From Gnetum montanum (taxonomy: Eukaryota > Plantae > Gnetophyta), in assembly GCA_015680685.1 (NCBI GenBank), contig MNCI01000751.1:124001-188000 (forward strand): a stretch of DNA of 64,000 nt. Direction: 5' to 3'. Below are positions 12,490-23,910 of this stretch, in pieces. How positions within the stretch are numbered: the stretch's first letter is position 1; each line of letters opens with the position of its first letter. A program made the position numbers and the translations under genes. The notes beneath the pieces were generated by a model, which saw nothing but the letters and a program-made list of their open reading frames with translations, ran no database searches and was not told where the DNA came from.

Positions 12490-15400
12490 CAGCATCAAAT
12501 TGACTTTATTCCTGGAGCAACAATACCAAATGAGAGCGTATAGAATGACTCCACATAAGATGGCAGAGCTTCATAGGCAGGTAAGTGAGTTCCTCTCAAA
12601 TGGTTTTATTAAGGAGTCTATTTCTCCTTGTGCAGTGGCAGTTGTGTTTGTGCCTAAGAAAGACACCAATGAGATGAGTATGTGCATTGATTCTAGGGCT
12701 GTGAATAGGATGACCATTAAGTATAGATTTCCTATTTCCAAAATGGATGATATTCTTGATGGTTTAGCAAATGCTGAAACATTTTCAAAGATCAATTTAA
12801 AGAGTGGTAATCATCAAATAAGGATTACGCCAGGGGATGAGTGGAAAACCACTTTCAAAATTCTTGATGGTTTGTATGAGTGGTTAGTCATGTCGTTTGG
12901 GCTAACAAATGCTACCGCAACATTCATGAGATTAACGCATGATGTCTTGAGAGATCTCATTAGCAAATGTTGCATGGTTTTTTTTTTCTTTAATGATATT
13001 CTTGTTTACAGTTCTAATGAAGATGAGCATCTGCAACATTTGAGAAAGGTGCTCTCCAAGTTGCATGAAGCTCAATAGGTAGGTAATGTGAAGAAATGCC
13101 ACTCTGTGACGAGGGGAATTGTTTACTTGGATCATGTCATCTCCAAAAACCAAGTGCAAATAGAGTCTAGTAAGATCAAGGTAATTACAGATTGGCCTTC
13201 ACCAAAGAATGTTAGAGAGGTGAGATCTTTCCTTGAGCTAGCAGGTTTTTGTAGTAGATTCATTAGTCATTTCAGTTCAACTGCATGGCCTACGCTTTCT
13301 TATTTGAAGAAGAGTACTAATTTGTGTAGGATGATGAAAAAGAAAATCATTCCAAGTCTTAAAAGCTAAATTTTGTAGTACTCCAGTGTTGGCAATTCCA
13401 AATTTCTCCAAGCTTTTTGAAGTGAAGGTGGATGCAAGTGGACTTGCAGTTGCTAGTGTGCTATCCCAAAAAGGTAAGGCCATTGCATTCTTTTCTGAAA
13501 AATTGAATGAGTCTAGGTAAAAGTATAGTGTCAGTGGGAAAAAGTTGTACATTATACTTTAACCCATTAAACATTGGAGACATTATGTGTTGAGTAGTGA
13601 ATTTTTGTTATTGGATGACCATAAGGCTAGGATGATGATGATGATTGACCATAAGGCATTGCAATTTTTGAATTCTCAAAAGAAGTTAATGCTAAACATA
13701 TGAAATGGAAGCTACAAGAATGAATTTCATTGTGCTAAAGCATGGAAGTGGGAAAAGTAATATTGTAGCAGATGCTCTCTCAAGGATTCATGTGGTGAAT
13801 CATTCACGTGCTCAAGTAGAGGGATTTGAGGCATTTACTTCTTTGTATCCAACTGATGCAAATTTTGGTAAGATTTGGAAGGATCTCAATGCTCCATTTC
13901 TTGGTAGAGTGGATAGGCGGAGAGACTATCATCTACAGCAGGGCAATCTATTCAGAAAGGAAAAGGTATGTATACCTACTTGTGATTTCATATTAAACAT
14001 TTTGCATAAGAAGAATACTAGTAAGATGGTTGGACATAGAGGAAAACCAAGACCTATGAGCTTGTTTCCAAGAATTATTTCTGGACAGGAATGCAAAATT
14101 GATGTGAAAAAATTTGTTAGTGAATGTCTTATTTGTCAAAAGTACAAGGGTGGTAAAAGCGTTGCAGGTCATTATTTACCTTTGCCCATTCCTAATGCTT
14201 CTTGGGAAAGTGTCTCAATGGATTTTATTTGTGGATTCCTATGACTCAATCTAGGCATGATTCTATTTTTGTTATTGTCAATAGATTTTCTAAAATGGCA
14301 CATTTCATTCCATGTAAGAGAAGCAATGATGCATCACATGTTGCTCATTTTTTCTTTTAAAATGTTGTTAGATTACATGTTATTTCATTGAATATTGTGA
14401 ATGATAAGGATGTTAAATTTAAAAATCATTTCTGGAGGTCATTATGGAACTTGTTGGGTACCACTTCTCTTGTGTCTATCATCCACTAAGTGATGGCCAA
14501 ACTGAACTTGTGAATAAATCATTACTCAAAATCTTGAGGTGTCTTTGTAAGGATCAACCCAATAGATGGAAAAATCTTTTGGCACATGCTGAGTTTAACT
14601 ACAATAACTCTTGTCATTCCAGCATTGGGAAAAGTTCATTTAAAGCTAACTACGGTTTTTCTCCTGGAATGGCTGATAATTTGAAGAAGTTTGATGATTG
14701 TGCATTTATCAGTACTGATTTGCTAAGAATATACAAAGGATGCATTTGCAAGTCAAGGCTAAATTGGAAGCCAAGCCACAAGAAATTGCCAAGAGTAAGA
14801 ATTTGGGAAAGAAGAAAATGACATTTGATGTTGGTGATTATGTGTGGTTGCATTTGGGAAAGGAAAGGCTAAGAAATGTGAACTTCTCCAAAATCCAGTC
14901 CAAGAAGATTGGTCCATTCCAAATCAGGACCAAAGTGAATGATAATGCTTATGAGCTTGATCTCCCTAACCGTCTTCCATTTTCTTATGTGTTCAATGCT
15001 TCAGATTTGAGCCATTTCCATGGCAAGGCACTTACATCTGATCTTCAGGATAGCATTGAAATCCTCAAGGGAGCATTTGACGATCAAACTTCATCGAAGC
15101 CATCAAGGAAGCCAGTCATAATACAAACAAAAGAGGCAGTGAGAACAAAAGGCAAGAAGAAGCATGAATACTTGATCCATGGAGTGATGAGGGGCCTAAA
15201 GCTGCAATTTGGGTTCAAGAGTCTGACTTAGCTTTGTGGGGGCTTCTTGTTATCCCAAGTGTAAAGCCTACTTGATGACAAGTATCTTTTCGAGGGTGAG
15301 AGAGATGATGAAGACATCCCCTAGCATGATATATGTGTTCCTTAATCTTGTATGTATGTTGTGAGTGTGTTTAGATGTGTTTGCAGATTGTGTGCAAGTT

Positions 15401-16103
15401 TCTGGGCATTCTAGGGCAATGAGAAAACCAAAACATGTCAAGAGGATGAATTTGAGGTATTTTCAGCCAGTTTCAGTTGTTTCAAGCCAAACGTCTCTGT
15501 AAGCTGGACGTCTTGGCAGAATAAGCTGTGTTTTCACCAGACCTCTTGGATTAGAGTATGCTTGTGCAAGGCCATTCTAACCAGACTTCTCAAACGTGTG
15601 AGAGGTCTTGACAACTGTTGCCAGACGTCTTGGCAACAATGTGCAAAAATTAATAAAAATCTCCAAATTAATAAAAGTCTCCAATGGTTTTCAGTTTGAA
15701 TGTCAACGCCAAAGGGAACCTCAAAGGTCATATTTGGCCTATAAATTGCAATCAAAAGCCAATAATTAAGGCATGACTGAGAGAGGGAAGATTGAGAGAG
15801 GAAGTTGAAGAGTCATTGTATGATTCTTGGTTCATCTTGAGCTCATTGTTCTGCAGACCTGTTGGACACTGTGTGAGAGAGTGAGGAAGTCATCCTTTGT
15901 GTATGGCCTTGAGCCTCATGTGAGAAGAGTGGTATAAGAATCTTGAGTTCTTTATATGTCCTTGGACATGCTTCCATTTCTATGTTTTGCACTCCATTTT
16001 CATTTTCAAGCAAGAATAAAGTCCTTTCTTTTCTTGTTTCATTTGGGATTTCTTCTTGAGGATTTGGACATCAATTGAGGCTGATGAGGCCACATCTGCA
16101 CCA
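12490..16103 (+). mobile_element. Ty3/gypsy chromovirus-type (CRM-like) 3' part: RT, RNase H, integrase, chromodomain-like end, PPT, 3' LTR 15306-16103; in PIR intron 6
   Basis: QHQIDFIPGA; SPCAV.VVFVPKKD; FSKINLKSGNHQIRI..GDEWKTTFK; VDASG; [11 protein letters not shown]; DGQTE; GPFQI...NAYELDLP; PPT GAGGGTGAGAGAGA followed by TGATG...CACCA. Confidence 0.92.
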
Positions 16104-17429
16104 TTTTCTTGTTAATGCAAGTAACAGATAATGAACAAGAGAAAATGTGGGGACAGAGGATGAATTACTATCCTAATACACTAAGAAGGTAAACCTCAGT
16201 GTCACCACAGATGTTATAATAGCTTGTAACAGCAATATCTTCTTAACTAGGTATGCTATGAATTCAACTTTTTCCAGCTTTGATGAGGCAAGCTGATTTT
16301 AAAATAAAATCCTCTCAAGACTCAGTCTCATCCTCAAAAGTGTCTAGAAGCCATCCACAGTAGAACCTGGATCTAGGCTAATCATTAAAGTTGGTACCCT
16401 GTAACAGCATCCTCTTCTAGGCGCTCCATGTGTTGGTAGTTTGTACTACTGAGCACTCATTTGGTAAGTGTGAACAACTCTTCATGGTTTTACTTGCCAT
16501 TCTGTTTGCAGTGGTATTTTTCCTTTTCTCAATTAATGGAAACACACTAGAGAAAGTATGTAACAATAGCTCCAAGCTTTTATGTAGCTATCATAAGTAT
16601 TAACGTTCAACTGTACTTGACACAAACATTAAAAATCCACAAGGTTTTACATTTCATAACCTTAAAAAATCCAACAGGTTTTACATTTCCAATGAACAAA
16701 ATGTCTGATTAACTTTTTCTTTAGCCCTAAATGCATGCATATACATCTGAAATAGACTGATGAAGGGTTTGAAAAGAAACGTGAAGGGTGTTGAAACACA
16801 ACATAGAAACATTAGAGAAACATGCAACATGTAACTATATCTTGATGCCAAACGCTCAAATTGAGCTTCATTCATACAAAACTATCTTACAATATTCATA
16901 CATGATTCAAACAAGAATATCATAAAAACCCATAATGTCATTTCCCATCATGAAAACAATACATGGGGTGAAAGGTTAAAAACTCTACAAGGTTCATATT
17001 TTCTTACTTGAATATTGAAGATTATATCTTTATCAAAATATAAAATCAGTGTTTTCTAAACCAGCAACTGATTGCTGATTAGCTAATTAGTCACCAAATC
17101 AAAAAGCAGGATGACCAAAGTTGAGTCAGCCCAACATGTTTTCTTTCAGTATTTTCCCAATAGGAATTCCATATTTTTAATTCGATTCATCCAACTTTCT
17201 TTACCAACTCATTCAACTTGCCGACTTCTTCCCAACTCTCTTTTATTTTCGACACAAGTAATTCACTGAATTTTTAAACACTGTACAAAAGCCTTGGCCA
17301 TCTATAATTTTAAAGAAAATATACGAACAAAACAATTATTTCATCTTTCTAGCCAACAATGACATTTTGTATTAATATTAGAATGTAACAAAAGAATCAA
17401 TGGTCCCAAGTGTCATCTATGTTTCATAG

Positions 17430-17721
17430 GGTACGAAAGAGAATAAATTTCATATTTCTAAAGGCAAGTATATAAATAAAATTTTTATTATATATGGTAG
17501 ATATGGATATGAATAATCATAAAGATGGTACGAAAGAGAATAAATTTCATATTTCTAAAGGAAAATATATAAATAGAACTTTTATTATATATGGTAAATA
17601 TGGATATGAATAATCATGAAGATGGTACGAAAGAAATTAATTTCATACTTCTAAAAGAAAATATATAAACAAAACTTTTATTATATATGCTAAATATGAG
17701 TATGAGTAATCATGAAGATGG
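17430..17721. repeat. Three diverged tandem copies of a 97-bp unit next to the exon 6 donor
   Basis: GGTACGAAAG recurs at 17430, 17527 and 17624. Confidence 0.9.
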
Positions 17722-17728
17722 AAATTAC

Positions 17729-17799
17729 CACATATGAGTGATTGTAGGACCATTGATTCGTCTCTCTGGCCGAGAAAAACGTTGCATATCAATTGCCAG
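17729..17799 (-). CDS. PIR: PIR exon 6: LAIDMQRFSRPERRINGPTITHM(W)
   Basis: TAG/GTAA boundaries; 71 nt; conserved DMQRFSRPERRINGPT. Confidence 0.95.
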
Positions 17800-17953
17800 C
17801 TATCAAAATGCAAAGCTTGTCAGCATTGCTGCAGTCACTTTAGAATGAATAAACACAAAGACCTAAAGAACTTGAAGAGATGCATACTCTCTATCATACA
17901 AATCATTAGATCTTGACAATACAATTGAAAAGTATCAGAAATGAAACAATTAC

Positions 17954-18073
17954 TTTTGAAGCCGCTGATGCCTGCCATCTTTGTATTTCACGCAACCTAC
18001 TAATTTCTAAGTCAAGCACTTGGTATGTTTCGAGATATAAATCTGTTTGACTCTGTTTCATGGAGTCTGGTAA
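17954..18073 (-). CDS. PIR: PIR exon 5: LPDSMKQSQTDLYLETYQVLDLEISRLREIQRWQASAASK
   Basis: GCAG/GTAA boundaries; 120 nt in frame. Confidence 0.95.
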
Positions 18074-18547
18074 CTGCCAATTCCATTACAAATTATTAGA
18101 AAAATATTATACTGAGGGACAAGTATCTTAATGACAATGTTACTGGAACAGATCATACTGTTGTGAAAATTATCCAAAAAGCTACAGATGATAACAGTGT
18201 TTCTAATTATCTAACGAACTATATACACACACACATACATACTCATTAGAAACTACATGCTAATCCTTGTCACATTTATGTATTCATGCAACATCTAAGC
18301 AAACAAACAGACGGAAAATTGAAACTTAAGGATACGTAGCCTACTGATGCTTGAACAAGAAACAAATATGAAATTTAAAATTGAAAGAAAAAAAAACTGT
18401 AGAAGTGATCATATCATCCTAATTTCAACGTTGTATTCACACAAAATCTAAGCTAACATACAGATGTTATGAATCTAAAATGTAATACCCTAAAGATGTT
18501 ATGAATCTAAAATGTAATACAGTAAAGAATAGCTCCAGCATTATTAC

Positions 18548-18625
18548 CTGAGGTAGAGCTTTGACACAGCTACGATATGTATAGAGAACAGACACCATCT
18601 CCTTTCCCTCTTGTGTGAGTGAATT
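18548..18625 (-). CDS. PIR: PIR exon 4: NSLTQEGKEMVSVLYTYRSCVKALPQ
   Basis: AG/GT boundaries; 78 nt; CYFIP hallmark LYTYRSC.KALPQ. Confidence 0.95.
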
Positions 18626-18785
18626 CTTAGAAAATTATAAAATTTGTTGTAAGAAACATAACATTAGAATAACAGGAATTGTACTAAAAAAGTACCAGAA
18701 AAGCACCATAGAAGGAAGGGAAAAGTAAACATAAGGAAAGCCAAACCAACCACTTAAAAGAAAAATAAACAAAAAACAAACATAC

Positions 18786-18850
18786 AAGCTGATTAATTGA
18801 CTTTGTATCCTCAATTAATGATAGCCGGTAAGCAGGAACATCCTCATACT
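18786..18850 (-). CDS. PIR: PIR exon 3: EYEDVPAYRLSLIEDTKSINQL
   Basis: TTTTGCAG acceptor, GTATG donor; 65 nt; conserved AYRLSL.EDTK. Confidence 0.93.
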
Positions 18851-20540
18851 CTGCAAAAAAGTTGCTTAGTTAAAAAAAACTGGGATTAGAAAAAATTTAT
18901 AGGTCGTTTTATGATAAATAGGTTCAGCAAGGCCACACAGCAGATACAAATAGTCATCCTCTGTTTATTTAAACAATGCTCTAACATAAACATTTATTTT
19001 AACAAGTCAATTTATAAGAAATTAACGTATTTATAAAACTTAGAAACAAATATATTTCACAAGAAATCAAAGGCATGCCCATGAATACAAGAAAATATTT
19101 GCGCTTTGTTAAGAAAACCTGCCACTTTAACTAAATATGAATGTCCATTGTTAGAATTCTACGGACTGGTATTGATGCTATAGAAACAAAGAAAAAATTT
19201 GTTTCATAGGTAAGGCTAGATTCCTGACATCAAAACAAGGTTTGTGAATTTCTAAGAGTGCAGAGGTGATTCAATGTTGGGAAACAAATTCAAGACACTT
19301 GGTTCCACTTTCCTCAAGAACAGAATGTATTAAACCAGCTAACTATTCTTAGGAATCAAGATGCAAATGACATGCTGCCTGCTGCTAATGTTCTGTCCCT
19401 GTAAATATTGTTACGCCCATTAATGTACTAGTACTGAAAATGCCGATGCTCACCCATCCATGGATCATCACTGTGTCTTATGTTTATGGCAATGGACTAG
19501 ATCTGGTTGCTGGCTAGGCTAACATCGCTTACACTGAAAAATTGCTGAACATGGTGTTTGCCTTCTTTAACAAAGACTTAATATTGGGAGATTAGTGGAA
19601 ATTTAAACATTGCACTCATTTCAATTTTGATAAGGCTACATTATCCATTTAATTGGCTAGTATATCAAGTCTAGGCTGTTGCATATTACTTATAGGATGC
19701 TCTTCAATAACATATTACACATAGCAAAGGAAGTATATACACTAGATCTTACAAGCACATTCTCACGCCTGAGAACCTATTCAGCAACTGTAAGACTTTA
19801 CTGGATGTGGAAGTTGTCAATATAATAGGCTTCTTGAGACCTCTGTCTACTAGAACATGGGTTGGCATAGAAATGGGTAGGTCTGACCAACATGATGTTA
19901 TCAGCAGGAAGTTTTCAGCCCCTATATAAGCCACAACTACAGGAATTGATACTTTGAATTGATCTAAGGTATTGACATGATGAATTCATTTGTCAAATTT
20001 TGGAAGCTTGCATATGACATTGCACAATTGATTTGTCAGAAGCATTTGATCCAATATCAACATTGTCTGTTATAGATCACAACATCGTTCAAGAGAATCC
20101 ATCATCCGAAAAACCATCAACTTTTATGGGTGTCACTGAAATACTAATTACATGATTGTTCATGGTACCCCAAATTGCTTTGAAGAATTTATCATTTAGC
20201 ATAATGCAAGTCAAAAATCAAAAATATACATAGGTAAGCACCATAAATAGTCCCCAGCCATCACAAAGTAAAGCTTTTTGAATGAATGTCCAGATTTAGC
20301 AGAAATTGAAGTAAAATTTAAAACCACTCCAACATTGTTGGGTGCCATTTATAGTGGAACTATACTGATAGCCTTTTTACTACCAATGTTATAGAAATTT
20401 TCATATTTCAATCAGTACCGTGCAAGCATGTACTGGGAAAACAGTTCATAACAACAACAGAAATCCTGCATATGTATAATCATCTAGAAATAAAATTTAA
20501 ACCAAAAGGGTAGGGAGAGAAAGGGAGCTCCAAGTTCTAC

Positions 20541-20613
20541 CTATAGGACTCTTAGTTGCAAATCTTCCAGTTGTCAAGATTGCAGATAATCCTTGAACAT
20601 CGGGTTGATCATC
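20541..20613 (-). CDS. PIR: PIR exon 2: DDQPDVQGLSAILTTGRFATKSPI
   Basis: GCAG acceptor, GTAG donor; 73 nt keeps frame with exons 1 and 3. Confidence 0.93.
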
Positions 20614-20942
20614 CTGCACATTAAACCAAGAAAGGTAATGTAAAAGAGGACAATTATCAATTCTGGAATATCTTTAAGATACAACTAATCATGTACCCAA
20701 TGTCTCTTGAGTCAGAAGAAATAACCATGCACTTCCATGAACAATGAATGCTTCAGTATAAGCTTATACACTAAATTTTTTCATCCATTAAAACATGATT
20801 CAGCATTGCATCACTGCACTTGTGACAGTGCATGGAACTGTAAAACTATTTGCCACCTATTAATTAAGTGGATGGTAATTTGCAGGAAATGAAAAGAATA
20901 GTCAGAACACGAGACACCAGAGGTTCAATTGGTTCAGTAATG

Positions 20943-21236
20943 TGTTGGAATTCACAGAGACGTGAATAAGTTTTTCAAGTTTATTTATTATCACATAATT
21001 AATACGTGCCGCATGTGAAACATTTAGATCATGATCACCCCAATAACAGAGTGCCTTTACCAAGGGACCAAGTCTGCTTATATAAGAGAAATTACTTTAT
21101 GTGAAGTATTTGTGGTTAGATAGTTATCATGCAGATTTGTTTAAAAAGAGATTACAGGTGCCGCTTATCAAGCCAACGGTCATTCCCTTATTGACTTAGG
21201 ATGCTAATAGAATAAGGAATTTACAAAATGTCAACA
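20943..21236. mobile_element. Possible small solo LTR
   Basis: TGTTG...TCAACA termini with internal TTATATAA; no clear TSD. Confidence 0.3.
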
Positions 21237-21864
21237 CGTATATTCCTTGTGGCTATGATCTTCGTTGACCAATGATCATGAAGAATGAAATCTGATGCAT
21301 GCTTTTGACAACTGACATGAATGTCGATGAGGATCATCTAGTGTTGACATAGATTAAATGTTGTCATCAGAGAAAGACTTGTGATTCTGAGAAGGCAACA
21401 AAGCAAGAGGAACATCATGTTCCAAATTCAACAATTGGATAAGGTCACACTGTTCAAATAGCAAGAAAAAATGCAACTTGGACACTTTGGCATTTAAAAG
21501 TTTTAAAAACCAACATTTTCTTCTTGAGATAGAAGCATTTCAAAACCTAACTTCACCATGGCCAATACTAAGCCTGGGTGAGAAAGAAGGGTTGGTTTTA
21601 GGTTGGCAGTCTGCTGTAAAACACCTGCTAGATGGGTTCTTTTCTACACATTCCTTATGCTAGGATGTTTCTAGACACTCCATGCAATAGTGGAAGGGCA
21701 CAATTTCTGTCAGAAATGAGTAAGGGTTTGCTAAAACATTCCCTAGAAGGGATGAGTAACAACAGCGCTTAGTTGTTCCATCAACTATGCAAGGGTTCTC
21801 ACCTCATCTTGAACATATGTTGGTAAAGAGGCTAGTCAAACATAAGACCCAGGAGAAGCATCAA

Positions 21865-22640
21865 TTGTTTAGGATGGCCACATGGAACATAGGCACATTA
21901 ATTGGAAAGACCAATGAAATTATGAATTTGATGAAGAGGAGAAGAGTCAACATAGTTTGCTTGTAGGAAACTAAGGGGAAGGAAGAGAAAGCAAAGGACA
22001 TTCGTGAAGGATTTAAGCTCTTTTACTGTGAAGGGAAAAAAAACCTTTAAAATGAAGTAAAGATCGTAGTTAATCAGCAAATCAAAGATAAAATGGGCAA
22101 AGTTACTCAAACAGGTGATAGGATAATGAGCATTAGGATTGTATTGAGAAAAATGTTATTAGTATTCTTAGTGTTTATGCACCTCAAGTTGGTTTGGGTG
22201 ATCATGTTAAGGGGTTGAGATTCATTGGATGGGCTTATGCAACAAATACTAGAGCTTGAAGGTATTCTTATCAAAGGAGATTTCAATGGACATGTTAAAG
22301 CAACCAAAATAGGTTATGAGAGGATTCCTGGAAGGCGATCTTGCAATAGCTCATACTTATTCAACAAAAAGGGTTGAATATTTACTGACTTTCAAGAGCA
22401 GATGCAAACTGAACCCAAATAGACTACATCATGGTGAGAAAAAGAGATTCAACAACTTTTAAGCATTGCAAAGTTATTCCAGGAGAAAGCTTTACAACCC
22501 AACATAGACTTATGGTGACAGAGTTGGCTGTTAGGAGTTGTATCAACAGAAACCCTGAGAAAGAAGTACCTTTTATAAAATGATGAAAGCTTGGGGGAAA
22601 AGGTTTAAAGAGAGAACTCATATGATGGTGTTGAAAATAC
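21865..22640 (+). mobile_element. RTE-clade LINE endonuclease fragment
   Basis: RMATWNIGTLIGK...MKRRRVNIVCL*ETK; VYAPQVG; GDFNGHV; KVIPGE..TTQHRL. Confidence 0.85.
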
Positions 22641-23749
22641 AACTAATGTGAAGCTTGCTTCAACATTAAAGATTCCCTTAAGTTGCAAACAAATTGCTTT
22701 CAACTTATACATTCAGGTCTCTTGAAAGCCACCACTTATAGAATTTTTCTCAATATCAACTCCTTAATATCCAAGTCTTGTACAAATTTATAAAAACAGT
22801 TTCAATTAAAAACATTGTTTACCACTAATGAAAAGATGTCCATAAAATCAACTTTTAATTTTGTAGTGAAGTTCTTCACCACTGACATGGTTTTGTTCCA
22901 CTTGCTAGTCTATTCTTCCTCAATTTTTACCAACAGACGGTAGGAACTTCTATATTCTGTTTTGTCACACATCTTCCATAGTGGAATTATGAATAATGAA
23001 AAATGTTATGAAATATCTTATTTTTTCACTTTTATGAACAAGTAAAAATAAGATAATATTAATAAAAAGAATTATTCTAGAATTCCAATAAAAACGGCCC
23101 TACTTGATGTGTGCATTAAGCCATGCTTTTACCCTCAAGATACTCATGACACATATAATAATTTTACACAAATCAGCCAAAAGATAGCCTAAATATAACA
23201 TTTCTTGAAATCCTGTTGAGATAGCAATTACTCTACTGAAGTCAATGGTCATTACTGAGATAAAAAAAAATGTGCTTTAGTTTAGAGCCTCAAAATCAGT
23301 GATCCCATATTATGCGTTATCAACAAAAGGAAAAAAGTGCAGAACATGACAGGTTTTTTTAATTTTCTAAACAAATGAGCTGTAGCCTGTTTGCAGGACT
23401 TACTTGCATTCTATAACTTAAAGGTTCCATTCTGATAGTTATGCAGTGGTACAAATAAATTTGGCAATGGAAATGGCTAAAGCTTAAGTATGTCCAAAAG
23501 ATCCATGGCATCGCTTCATTGATATATTAAAAAATTTTAATTCCAGTCTTAGGTTAGGAAAGCTAAGAACACCTCCAAGTTACCTAAAGCATGTAAAATG
23601 AGTCTGGAATTTACTATATAATATCTGTTTATCTATACCAAGCCAGTAACAACAATGAAACCGAAACCAAAACTTTTTCCTTGCATCCACGAAAGCCCCT
23701 TAGGTCTATCAAAGCGGTTTTAGAATTCTTTTTACAGACTTTCTTTTTC

Positions 23750-23845
23750 TTTAATTTATAACTGAGTGTTACCCAACAGAATTGAACCTGTGACCTTGGG
23801 TTGCCAAGCCAAGATTCTTACCACTAAGCTAACACCTCATTATTA
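23750..23845 (-). mobile_element. Second copy of the tRNA-derived SINE head
   Basis: Reverse complement GAGGTGTTAGCTTAGTGGTAAG...GGTCACAGGTTCAATTC...CACTCAGTTATAAA aligns with 9381-9463. Confidence 0.7.
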
Positions 23846-23910
23846 AAATAACATGATCAGCAGGTACAGCAAAAAAGTTCTGTAATTTTTTAGATTTAGG
23901 TTTTGCAATA

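Noticed and set aside
12109-16103. TIR DNA transposon or DIRS-like element with inverted termini
   Set aside because: The arms are LTR sequence, the interior is ordinary gypsy RT-RNase H-integrase, and there is no TSD or tyrosine recombinase.
22640-22990. Possible copia RT remnant (also a possible hAT remnant near 26040-26250)
   Set aside because: The similarity is too decayed to support without a profile search.
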